A stretch of 63,976 nucleotides of DNA, counting the filler, from Octopus bimaculoides (Eukaryota): assembly GCF_001194135.2 (NCBI RefSeq). It is 7 parts of 5 records of this genome, joined end to end, with 100 filler letters (N's around TTAATTAATTAA, not from the genome) between each part and the next. Parts side by side here need not be neighbours in the genome. Positions count along the whole stretch, not along the records: positions 1 to 31,786 come from NC_068984.1; 6 more parts are not named here. One strand, given 5' to 3'. Shown one piece after another: positions 15,046 through 27,690 of this stretch. Under the pieces are notes generated by a model. The model ran no database searches, was not told the DNA's origin, and worked only from the letters and a program-made list of their open reading frames with translations. Each line of letters begins with the position of its first letter. Within the stretch, counting starts at the first letter, position 1. A program made the position numbers and the translations under genes.

Positions 15046-15850
15046 TAACAGCAAACAAGATGAAGACAAATATCCGTCGAATGTAAATAATGTAAATAAT
15101 GTACATCGTGTACATAATTCCTCATCTCTTAAATATAGAACTGTACTTCCATTTAGATATGGCACCTCCATTTAATATGTTAGATTGATCCAAAGTTCTT
15201 TGAAAGTCGCCTTGAATCACCCTACGTACCTACACTCATTTCGGGATCATGTCACATTATTTTATTTTAAAATCTTATGGCAATTATTGTTATTTATCTA
15301 TTTACTTCTTTATGAATGTGTAATTATTGCTTCGTTCATCTCACGCGTTCACTCAAAGTATGCTTTACCGCTTATAGCTTCTTAATGTTTTCATATGTAT
15401 TTTACGTATTATTTGTATAGCCTCCAACGTTATAGGCCCTTGCGGCCAATAAAATAAATCTTTATTTTTTTAAAAATCAGAAAAACATATGTTAAAAGAA
15501 GTCGGCAAAAAACAGTGAATGGCCGTATATCTTAATCACACTGTTTTTCGTTTACTTCTTAGTTTTCGTCAGATACTTACATTTTTATTGTCTTTGGATT
15601 TTCTCTTTTTTTATTGATACTTTTTTCACTGCATTTTGTTTTTATGTATCGTGACTGTTCTGAGACACCAGTAATGACTTTATAAATTTAACAATGTATT
15701 TTCTTGTATATATTTCCTTAAATAGTTTCTTATTGTTTGTTTCTTAAATGTTTCCATTTGTTATTTTTTGTATCATTTTAGTTGCTAGCGTTGTCATTAT
15801 TTTTGTTGTTGCTGCTGTTGTTGCTGTTGCTGTTGTTATTGTCATCGTCG

Positions 15851-15884
<34 letters not shown>

Positions 15885-17256
15885 AATCATTTTTTGTATT
15901 GTTATTGTTTTTATTTTCGTTATTATTTTCTGTTATCTCAGCTAATAAGTTCTACATAAACTACTATTCTGGAGATAATTGATTGGATAAGAGCGTAATC
16001 TCTCTCTCTTTTTTAAGCTACTAAACTGTTTAACTCTAAGCTTATAAGCATACGTGTATGTATGTATGTATTTATGTATGTATGTATGTATTATGCACGT
16101 ACGTACGTACGTATGTATATACGTTTGATTGTCTATATGTTTGTATGTATGTGCATAAACAAAGTACACTCACACAGAACATACAAATATACAGTGTGCG
16201 ATCACATGTATTTATATCTATGTATATCCAGCTCTATACATATAAATCATACTATGAAAAAAATCTATGTAATAAAGAAAAAAAAATATTAATACACATA
16301 AATATATAAGTACATAATTTGTATAAATAGATATTTAGAAATATACACTCACGTATACATACACACTGGTATGTAAACACGCTTACACAAATACATATAG
16401 AGATTTTTATAGAAATACACATTACCTGTATGAAATGCGAATACATATGCACGTATTTATACACAATCGCACGCAAGCACAGGTAGGTATACGTACGTAT
16501 ATACATAAGTTTAGCAGTACGCGTACGTACGCGTAAGGAACCGCGGAGACATAAAATACAAGAATATATAACTGAAACAATGATGAATTGCACATACACG
16601 CAAGTATTGAAATATTGTGTGCGCTCGTATGTTCGTTTGTGTGTGTTAGTGTTTGTGTATATGTGTGTGTGTGTTTATGTGTATGTGTATGTCTTGTGTG
16701 TGTATGTGTGTGTGTGTGTGTGTGTGTATGTCTGTGTGTGTGCTTGCATTAGCTTCCTTGATAAATAACTATAAATACTAGCCTGCCTAATGTTCAATGC
16801 GTATATATACACATATGTATACATATATATATGGAGAAAAATAAAACAAAATGCCAAAAGAAAAAAAAAAAATGGAACCGTCACTTAGCATGCGTGTTTA
16901 TATTTGTTTACATGACAAATTGCAAGTATCGACCTTGTAGCATATACGGAAACATTCACAGGTAAAAACATGCATGCAATACACACAGGCGCACACACAC
17001 ATACGCACACGCACACACTCGCACACACTCGCACAGAGACACACGTGTATGTGTGGTTGTAGTATTTTATGTCTTTCTGAATGGCGTGTAAATGAACCGG
17101 TGTGAGTTTGTTTATATCCCCATGCCTTGGCGTTTTGGCAATTAGTTTGAGTTCTGGACTTTGAAAACAAGTTGTGGAGTCGATTTGCTCGGCTAAAGCC
17201 TTCATGGCATTGTCCAAGTATGTCTGCGATCCACAGACTTAAGCTAGTAATTCATA

Positions 17257-17326
<70 letters not shown>

Positions 17327-18489
17327 TAATATATATATATACACATCTATTTTATATTAGTAAGTATTAATATTTCTGTATCATCTATATACGTATGTGT
17401 TTGAGTTTGTGTATGTGTATGAATATATACGCACATACACACACGCGCACACACACGCACACGCACATGCACACATGCAAACACACACACAAAAACACAC
17501 GCATATATATTTAGTTATATATGCAGAGCAACACACGCATGCACATTCCTATATTCATTGTACATTACCTGTCCGAATGCCATATGCACATATTTTATGC
17601 TGCAATGCCGAGTGGTTCAAGAAATAGGCTGACACATTCTATTGATTTTTAACATGGCTGTTTGAAAGCTGCAGTCGCCACTTGCAGTGTCACTAATTGC
17701 TCAATATTACAAATATAGAAGACACACACACCATCAACACAAGCAAAAAAGCAATCATGGAAGCCACTAATATGGTCATATAACAAGCTGAAAGTAATAA
17801 CCTCTTTAGCTTATATCCGAACTCTACCGTAATAGCAAATGAAAAACAGTAATAATACACTAAATGTTCTGGAAAATATATAGACGGGAGGTTCATTGCT
17901 GGAAGCCATTACCAGTATGCCTTCTCATTCAGGATTGACCTGGGTCGAAATAACGGTACGACTATAACAACCAATATTTCAATATTTGCGAATCGACACC
18001 AGTTATATGGAAAATAGTAAATTTGTAAGTGTAAATGAAGTTTGAAATGAGTCTCTGAAGTACTATATTTCACATGAACGCTTCAGGTGTCGTATTCTTC
18101 GCAATACCATTTTGTGGATGAATAAAATGTTTGCGTCTTTGAATAGTGTGTGACTGAAGTAATTCGTTCATTATAAAACGCATTGCACCGGGTGGCTTTC
18201 TATCATTTACTTAAAAATTATATAAGAGTGCACGTACATACATCATACATAGCTACGTAACTAAACACACACACACACACACACACATACATACATACAT
18301 ACAAACACACCCCCATATGTACGTATATAAGTCCGAGTGTGTGAGTGTGCATCACGTCTAGAATAAAGACCAGGTACTGCAATAGCTTGGGTTTCATTAA
18401 AAGCTGATCAAATGAGAAGGCCGTTGAAAAGCGATAAAAATGGCTGTGCTCCAGCATGTCCACAGCCCTTCTGCGGGCTGGAAAATATA

Positions 18490-18569
<80 letters not shown>

Positions 18570-18572
18570 ATA

Positions 18573-19452
18573 TTAAGTCGTCAAGTATGGAATTTGTAGA
18601 AAAAGTTTGCTAATGTTTTATAAATACAAGGAATAGTTTTATTCATCAAAGTATTTCACCCATATTGTCAATATACTTTTCCCATTTAAGTGGTAGCTTG
18701 TCCAGCCTAGAAATGTAAAAGCCAGGCAATCCAGAGTCAATAAAATCTTGGAAGGCTTGTTTTATAGCATCGTCCGAATTAAATTTTTTTCCAATCAAAT
18801 GGTTATCCAAATTCTGGAAGAAGTGGTAGTCAATGGGAACAAGATCAGGTGAGTATGGTGGATGATGGAGAACTTCCAACTCCAACTCCAGTAGTTTCGC
18901 CAATGTCACTTTTGTGATGTGTGGTCTTGCGTTGTCTTGCAATAAAATAGGAGTGGATCTGTTGACTAATCTAGGCTATTTTTTAGTAAGTTTCTGCATC
19001 ATGTGGTTCAGTTGGCTGCAGTATACCTCAGCCGTGATTGATGAAACAGGTTTAATGAAATCATAATGGATCACACTTGCACCAGACCACCAAACGCACA
19101 TCATCAGCTTCTTGTGATGAATTTTGCTTTTTGGGTAGTGTTTTGGTGGCTCGTCCTTGTCCAACCATTGTGCTAAACGTTTACGATTGTTATATTGGAA
19201 CGAAATTTTGCAAACCAATTTGAAACTATCTGCTGCGTGGTAACATTAGAATGAAATACTTCATTAATATTCCGAGCTGTCTGTGATGGTGTATTTTGCA
19301 AGAAAGAACTTATATTTCAGTTAGAATAAAGAGATGTATGTGTCATCTTTTTAACAAAAATAAAGATTGTCAAAATATAATAATGGCGCAAAGTGAGCAG
19401 CTCTGAAAGCTTACCATATACCTTACAACATATTTCATACTTGACGACCTAA
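18573..19452 (-). mobile_element. Mariner (DD34D, resembles Hsmar1/cecropia type) transposon, internally deleted and non-autonomous
   Basis: TIRs ttaagtcgtcaagtatggaat (18573) and atttcatacttgacgacctaa (to 19452) with 2 mismatches; TA on both flanks; 880 bp long. Confidence 0.92.
18646..19218 (-). pseudogene. Mariner transposase catalytic-domain remnant
   Basis: YNNRKRLAQWLDKDEPPK..KKLMMCVWW, QDNARPH and YSPDLVPIDYHFF motifs; broken frame; HTH region and first Asp motif absent. Confidence 0.92.
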
Positions 19453-19984
19453 TACATATATACTCCTCTTTCTCCATCACGCACACACACACATACACAC
19501 ACACACACACACCTACACACCCACACATATAGTTGGAGACTAATGATAATGCATCTCTAAGACAGTGGCATATGAAGTAATCATTGGTCCCCGAATCACT
19601 AAGTTATGGCGTCGTAAAAAAACAACACCGCTTTTTCAAGAAGTAGGTGGGGAATGACACAGAAGAGAAATCAGACACATAAACACACACATACATACAC
19701 AGACATACACACACACGACGAACTTCCACACAATTTCCATCTACCAAATTCACTTAAAAGAGAATGGTCAGTGCAGGTCCAATTAGAATACACACCACAA
19801 GCGTCACGCTGTGGAACTGAGACCGAAACTACGTGGTCAAATCGAGTTTCTAAACCACATGAACATGCCATGCCGGTACCTATATGGATACATAACACAC
19901 ACATCCACACACTCAGACACTCACACAGAGAGGCCTGCATGCATATCTGAGTGTTTATATTTGTCAACGATTTGCAAACAAGTG

Positions 19985-20115
19985 GTATAGTGGTTTAGGT
20001 GTTGGACTCATTATCGTAACATAGTGGTTTCGATTCCTGGAGAGGGTGGTGCGTTGTATTCTTAAGCAAAATTGTTCATTTCAGTTTGCTCTAGTCCATT
20101 CAGCTAGTAAAATGA
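19985..20115 (+). repeat. Diverged tRNA-derived SINE head (third family)
   Basis: tagtggtttagg..gtttcgattcctgg boxes followed by ttgctctagtccattcagct..aaatgagt. Confidence 0.5.
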
Positions 20116-20149
20116 GTATCCATGTGACGGATGTGGGATAGTTAGTGAC

Positions 20150-20740
20150 ATGGTGATATTTACGATTATAGATGGTGGATAGTTGGATATGGTATATATG
20201 TAATGTGTAGTCTCATTCGGTTTCTTCTGAATGTGTATTGATAGTTACTGTCCTTTACAGCAACATTCAAATAGTCTGCTTGTTAAGGTTTAGTATCTCT
20301 GGCAATGTTTAGTATGAATTGTTTTACTAGTACAGTAATGTCTTTTCTGCATATATTCGGTGCATCCAGAGTTCATATTCATTAAATTTCAGAGGTCAGC
20401 AAATTTGTACAACACTTCGTTGAATAGTGGAAATGTAAAGTAGAATTGGTTTTGACAGAATAGTGTAGCAAGTCCACTTATCTCAGTAAGTTTGTATGAA
20501 TACGTTGGTTAGAGTTCTTTTTAATGCATATACTATAATCGAATGAAACTTGGGGTTCTTAGTGTGTAAAATGATTTTAGTTTCTTCTTCAGAGATAGGG
20601 AAAATTGGTTGGCGCAGGAAAGTGGTTTTCAAGTACGGTTTTGGTTATAGCTAATATCGATGTTATTGAATGTGTATTTATCGTAGAATTGTTTTGAATT
20701 GAACCATTTGATTACAGTAAAAGCATTCTTCCATAATTTG
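20150..20740 (-). mobile_element. Penelope-like element RT/thumb remnant
   Basis: Frameshifted minus-strand peptides TVIKWF, ISEEETKIILHTK, RKDITVLVKQFILNI, ADYLNV and KKPNETTHYIYTISNYPPSII match the PLE RT pattern (VI.WF; RKD; DFLDV; RKPN..YI..SNHPP.I). Confidence 0.72.
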
Positions 20741-21377
20741 CGATGGTAATTATTCTTAATATATATTTATTATTGTGTAGGGAAGGTACTCTCACAACTA
20801 TCCTTTTACCAACAGTTTGTAGCAATAAGTTATTTTATAAATATAGTCATAAAATTATGCTGTCACTCACAAGTATACACTCACCCACACATTCACAAAC
20901 ACACGTGTATACATTGGACAAACATACCAAACACATCTTAAACACTCATGCTCTTATTCACAAATATACACACACTGTTACATACAACTACACACACAAA
21001 CAATTATATTTTAGATTTATGGGGTCATTAGGTGACGTCAGTTATGAACAATACTGTATTCTGTTTCTTTCGCAGTATTTAAAAAAAAATATTTGTTTAA
21101 AGTACAATATCAAAATAAAAATTACAGTTCTGACATACCATAAAAATATAATTGACAATCAGACAATATAATACTGTGTTTTTCTTCAGTTCTCTATTGA
21201 TCACGTGATAAGCTTTCTGCCGTTTCCATTTGGACACATGGTACGGTCTGATTTCTCTTCAGTCTATTTAGACAAGACATTATATTTCACTTTCATCCTT
21301 TATCTTCATACTTCACTGTCCCTCTCCGTTAGCAGCAAAATGTTCTATCATTGTCTCACTATCACTTTGTCTCTATC

Positions 21378-21442
<65 letters not shown>

Positions 21443-23661
21443 TTTCTATCTGTGTGTGTGTGTGTGTCTGTATGTATATATGTATGTATGTTCGTATGTT
21501 TGTCTCGCTATCTATCGGTTTGTCATCTGTGTGTCCCAGGGTTCGGTGCCTGTCTGTGTGTCTGTCTGTCTGTCATGCTGTCTCTATATATCTGCTTGCC
21601 TTCTATGTACCTTTTCTCCTTGTATCCATACAACTGGTGATAAAATCTGCTCTCTCTCCCCCCTCTCTCTATAGTTACTTCTTCGTCAGACATGTTCATT
21701 CTTTTTCTCCATCTTCATATTTTGGCTGGAGACATAATGCATACAACACAAGTTCTATTTGTTTTCATAAATTACAAGTGTTTTTTGATAACTGCGCGTG
21801 CGTGCACCTCCCCCCCCCCTACACACAAAAAGAGCAAATAAAAAATTGCATATAAAGAAGAGAAAAATTGATGTTCAAGTATTCTGTAATTTTATTCCAA
21901 ATTCGTTCATTCACGTTTCGAAAGATTTTATTTTATAAAACCGCTGCTGTCAACAGTTAAATAATACAATCTGATATTTTTAAATGCGTCGAAATATTCA
22001 TGTGACTTCTTAGTTTTGAGTATGCGATTTCATTGCATAAATGATGTAAATGATGTAAAGTATTGTGTATATATATATGAATGCATGTATGATGTAAAGT
22101 ATTGTATATATATGTATACATACATAAAAACACTATATATGCATATATACATACAAACACACGTAATGACAGGCTCACTTCTGTTTTCGAGTTGTCTTTT
22201 TTTTCTACAAATGTACGTATCTAAGTACATAATTTTTACATTAAGTACACACAGAGACTTAAATACATATAAACTTACATGGTTCTTATCCAATCAATAA
22301 TGTCAGCCCTTCACAAAAACATTTAGCCTTCAAACGTCTTATTAGAAAGCAAGATGTCAATACCAACTTATTTTCGTTATCTTGATAAAGACCTTTACCA
22401 GAATAACATAAAATACAGTAAGACATGAAAATGAAATATAAATACAGCGAGCATATATGATTTCCTTACACCGGACAACTTAACCCCTAGTGGCCTGTGC
22501 ATCAAGGGTTTAGATGAAAGTTACTTATATGTGCTATGCATGCTAAATCTTAGTTTAACATCATCTTAGAAAAATGTTTAACGGCAATCACTCCATTATT
22601 GCTTCAATGACTCTCGCTACTTTCACTTTAGTTCTTACTTTCCCTCCCTCTTTCCTTCCTTCTTTCCTTCTTTCTTTTACTGTTTCTCTGCCTCTCTTTC
22701 TTTCGTTCCTTCTTTCTCTCTTTTTATCTCTCTCTCTCTCACTCTCTTTCTCTTCATTCTTTTACAGTAGATTACTTACAAATCTGCTTTAATAACGTTC
22801 TTATACAAACGTATACACATTCATACATATATACATATATATGCATATACACATACATATCCACATGATTGTGTCTATAATATGTATGTAAATGTATATA
22901 CGAGTGAGCATTTGTGTGTCAGCCTATATATGGGTATATATTTCTGTATGTGTGACTGTGGATGTATATATTGTGCATGCCTGTGTACGTATACACATGT
23001 CATTTCATTACATTCTTAAAGCAGGCTCTGTATGGAAGAAGATTCTTTTATATTTAACCTTCCATTGTTCTAACTACAGCTTTAAATCCTCGCATATTCC
23101 TCCTGATCTTTAAGAAGACATTCAATTTTTGATGCTTCCGCATTCTCTGCATATGCACATTCTAAATAGAAGCTAGCAGTTACAAACGAACGCATATAAT
23201 ACTGGAGCAGCTCGTACGCATACAGGCATACATATACATACTCACACAAAATCAACAGAACTGAACATACCAGTATGTTCAAATGATTTCACATAAATAT
23301 ATACACGTGCATGTAGGTAGAAAGAGTATTGTATGTGATTTAAATTCCAACACAAGTATTTAAAGTAATAATATTGGACTCAAACGAAAAGATTAGATTG
23401 TACTTTCACAAAGCTAATTCTTTTACTGCATCCGTACAAAACATTCAGTTTGATCATACATCTGCTTTTGTCATGGCATGTATATGTGCATGTGTGTGTG
23501 TATGTGCGCGCGCGTGTGTTTTATATACCTATATATATTTATATATATATATACTTATGTATATATGTATATATGTGTGTCTGCGAGTTTGTATGTATGT
23601 ATGTTTGTGTCATATATACATATATTTACGCACATACGCTAATACACACACACACACCCAT

Positions 23662-23714
<53 letters not shown>

Positions 23715-24382
23715 NNNNNNNNNNNNNNNNNNNNNNNNNNNNNNNNNNNNNNNNNNNNNNNNNNNNNNNNNNNNNNNNNNNNNNNNNNNNNNNNNNNNNN
23801 NNNNNNNNNNNNNNNNNNNNNNNNNNNNNNNNNNNNNNNNNNNNNNNNNNNNNNNNNNNNNNNNNNNNNNNNNNNNNNNNNNNNNNNNNNNNNNNNNNNN
23901 NNNNNNNNNNNNNNNNNNNNNNNNNNNNNNNNNNNNNNNNNNNNNNNNNNNNNNNNNNNNNNNNNNNNNNNNNNNNNNNNNNNNNNNNNNNNNNNNNNNN
24001 NNNNNNNNNNNNNNNNNNNNNNNNNNNNNNNNNNNNNNNNNNNNNNNNNNNNNNNNNNNNNNNNNNNNNNNNNNNNNNNNNNNNNNNNNNNNNNNNNNNN
24101 NNNNNNNNNNNNNNNNNNNNNNNNNNNNNNNNNNNNNNNNNNNNNNNNNNNNNNNNNNNNNNNNNNNNNNNNNNNNNNNNNNNNNNNNNNNNNNNNNNNN
24201 NNNNNNNNNNNNNNNNNNNNNNNNNNNNNNNNNNNNNNNNNNNNNNNNNNNNNNNNNNNNNNNNNNNNNNNNNNNNNNNNNNNNNNNNNNNNNNNNNNNN
24301 NNNNNNNNNNNCACACACACATATATATATATATACATACATACATACATACATACATACATACATACATACATACATGCAT

Positions 24383-24458
<76 letters not shown>

Positions 24459-24616
24459 TTATAAAGAAATATTTTCAGTCCTAGAGACGTTTTTGTAACT
24501 ATCTTCAGTCGACTGAACGGCATGAACACATACATTGCATATATATATATATATGCCGAAGATGAAAAAACGACTCAAACCGTATATACTTATGAATATG
24601 TATGTGCGTGTGTCTA

Positions 24617-24654
<38 letters not shown>

Positions 24655-24799
24655 GACAGTAGATAGATAGAAAGATAGATAGATAGATGGACAGATAGAT
24701 AGATATTTGTGTGTGAGTGCGTGTATGTATCTATGTATATATATGTATATATTTGTGTGTCTATTATGTATAATATGTGTGTGTATATATCTATATATG

Positions 24800-25390
24800 T
24801 AGGAGAATGTACGAAAAAACAACTACAGACGAGGACAGGTGGTGTAAACAACAAAAGGATGTATTAGTATGACGCTCGGGAATACGGAATGTCTTTAACG
24901 TTTCGAGCTACGCTCTTCAACAGAAAGAATACGGAGACAAGGAGAAAAACACAGAGAAAAAAAATTGAATAGTGTTCGGTCAACGGTCAATCATAGCTAT
25001 GGCTGACCGGAAGTTAGAAATTTTTTTACACAGGAGAGCTAAGAAAAGGAGGAGATAACAAAAGGGGTAGAAAGAACGAGGGGCTGTGTGTGTGAGAGAT
25101 AGAATGCTGGTGATCTTGACGTATGCATGTGTGAAAATGGGGAGGGGAGAAGGAGTTGGTCAGTTGTAGTGTGTGCGTGGTGTGATGTGAGGGTGTTGGT
25201 AGGTGGGAAATGCATGAGTGGAGTGTGGGTTAGGTTGAGGGTGGGGGTAGATGCAGGTATGTGGGTAGGGGGGTGTAATAAATTGGATGGGGTGGAGTGG
25301 GAAGGTAGAGTAGGAGTGTGTTGGGGTGGGGTAGGATGAGCTTATGAGGTGGGTTGACGATGAAGCGGGAAGGGGAAGGTGGATGTAATA
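24800..25390 (-). mobile_element. Penelope-like terminal remnant containing a minimal hammerhead-like fold
   Basis: ctgttgaagagcgtagctcgaaacgtt resembles the PLE CTGATGA..CGAAAC signature; boundaries approximate. Confidence 0.55.
24892..24928 (-). ncRNA. Minimal type I hammerhead-ribozyme-like fold (core variant CUGUUGA)
   Basis: TCTTT-CTGTTGA-A-GAGC-GTA-GCTC-GAAA-CGT-T-AAAGA: stem I 5 bp, stem II 4 bp, palindromic AACGTT stem III. Confidence 0.55.
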
Positions 25391-25732
25391 GAGGAGGAAG
25401 GTGGGTATGGGAGGGGGGAAAGAGAGGAAGAGAAAGAGAGTGAGAGAGAAGAGAGTGAGACTGAGAGAAGAGAGTGAGTGTGAGAGAGAGGGAAAGAGAG
25501 AAGAGAGTGAGAGAGAGAGTAAGAGAGAAGAGAGTGAGAGAGAGAGGAAGAGAGAAGAGAGTGAGAGAGAGTAAGAGAGAGGAGAGAAAGAGTAGGGGTG
25601 AAGAGAAGTAGGAATGAAGAGAAGTAGGAATGAAGAGAAGTAGGAAGAGAAGTAGAAGTGAAGAGAAGTAGGAGTGAAGAGAAGTAGGAGTGAAGAGAAG
25701 TAAGAATGAAGAGAAGTAGGAATGAAGAGAGG
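25390..25732. repeat. Polypurine tract with about 8 copies of 16-bp gaagagaagtagga(a/g)t
   Basis: Almost exclusively A/G on the + strand. Confidence 0.85.
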
Positions 25733-26439
25733 TGTGCTTGCGTGTGCATGTGTGTGAATGTATGTGTGTGTGTGTGTGTGTGTGTGAACGTGTGCGTGCG
25801 TGTGCGTGCGTGTGTGTGCGCTTGCGTACGCGTGAAATTTTCTATGTACCTAAACCTGAGAACTTTATAGATGATATGTTAAGGTTCGAATATGAGTCGG
25901 TTTTTCAGTTTGTAAGTAGCTTTGCTTATACAAACAACCTATTGCTTCCTGTGCTTTAGGAAGTATATATATATATTCGTTTATATTTACTACGTTCTTT
26001 TTCTTTTACTCCCCCAGTGTTTGCATGTTTCTTTCCTGTCAACTTGTCGTGTCACGATATGTGCTTCTACATATCTGCGAATACGTTTCCGCGTATGGAA
26101 TGTTGGGCTGTGGGTGGTGGAGAAAATGAAAATAGCTACAAAGAGTTCTGCATAATTCGCCTTTGCTTTTACTGGTTTTAAACTTGCTAGCATGCATGCA
26201 TACTAACGTAGCAATTTGTTAAGCACAGCCACACAAAAAGGAGGTGTCATCAACGAATACAAGCAGATGCACGCATAAACTTACACTCACTTGTACATGT
26301 GGTGGAAATATCTATCAGCCTATCAATCTATCTATCTATCTATCTATCCATCTATCCATCAATCTATCTATCTATCTATCTGTCCATCTATATATTTCTC
26401 CACCTTTCTGTGTGTGTGCTTATATATATAGATGTGTAC

Positions 26440-26479
<40 letters not shown>

Positions 26480-26495
26480 TTGTGTGTGTGTATAT

Positions 26496-26536
<41 letters not shown>

Positions 26537-27180
26537 AAAATAAAATACATATATGTATATATATATATATACGATATATATATATTGTGTGTATTTATAT
26601 ATATATATATATATATATATGCATGCACATATGTGTATGTATGTATATCTATCTGTCTATCGCTTTATATCTTTCACTCTCTCAATCACTTTCTCTCTCT
26701 CTCTCTCTATCTATCTATATATATATATCGGTATGCATGTATGCATGCATGTATGTATGTATGTATGTATGTATGCATGTGTGTGTGTACTATATATGTA
26801 CCTGCAGTTACATATGTCTGAGTTTATCACATTTCATCGAAAGGAAGATGATGAAGGGGAATCAAATCCGCTTATGATTTAATATTGCGTACGCACTCAG
26901 TATTTGATGGATTTTTATTTCTTAGAGTGGCTTCTTAACAAAGAAATAAAAAGTCAAAACGCAACGTGTCTCACGAGGACACACGAACATACACACACAC
27001 ACTCTCTCTCTCGTTCGTGCGCACACGTACACGCACACGCACACGAGCGTAAACATACACTTACACACACACACAAAGAGAGGAGACAGAGCAGATCTCG
27101 TCGCATATATAAATGCTGAAAAACTATAAATGCTTGCAGATGTATGTGCAGTAATGTGTGACTCTGTGTGTGACTGCGTG

Positions 27181-27214
<34 letters not shown>

Positions 27215-27423
27215 GGCACCGATGCTCTGCTCTGCTCACNNNNNNNNNNNNNNNNNNNNNNNNNNNNNNNNNNNNNNNNNNNNNNNNNNNNNNNNNNNNN
27301 NNNNNNNNNNNNNNNNNNNNNNNNNNNNNNNNNNNNNNNNNNNNNNNNNNNNNNNNNNNNNNNNNNNNNNNNNNNNNNNNNNNNNNNNNNNNNNNNNNNN
27401 NNNNNNNNNNNNNNNNNNNNNNN

Positions 27424-27468
<45 letters not shown>

Positions 27469-27652
27469 GATAGATAGAGAGGCTCAGAGAGAGGGAGAGA
27501 GAAGCCGGTACACACATATACACGCACACACATATCTATGTATAAATATATATATTTATATATATATATATATAGACTATACATAATATACACACACAAG
27601 TAAATATATAATTGTATATAAATGCTTGTATGTATATATGTGTTCTTGCTTT

Positions 27653-27690
<38 letters not shown>

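Noticed and set aside
16518-16535. Perfect 18-bp palindrome tacgcgtacgtacgcgta
   Set aside because: Arises from self-complementary TACG/CG low-complexity units in a microsatellite-rich area.
17693-17896. Hydrophobic 67-aa ORF
   Set aside because: In-frame stop five codons upstream, no recognisable family, no convincing splice context.
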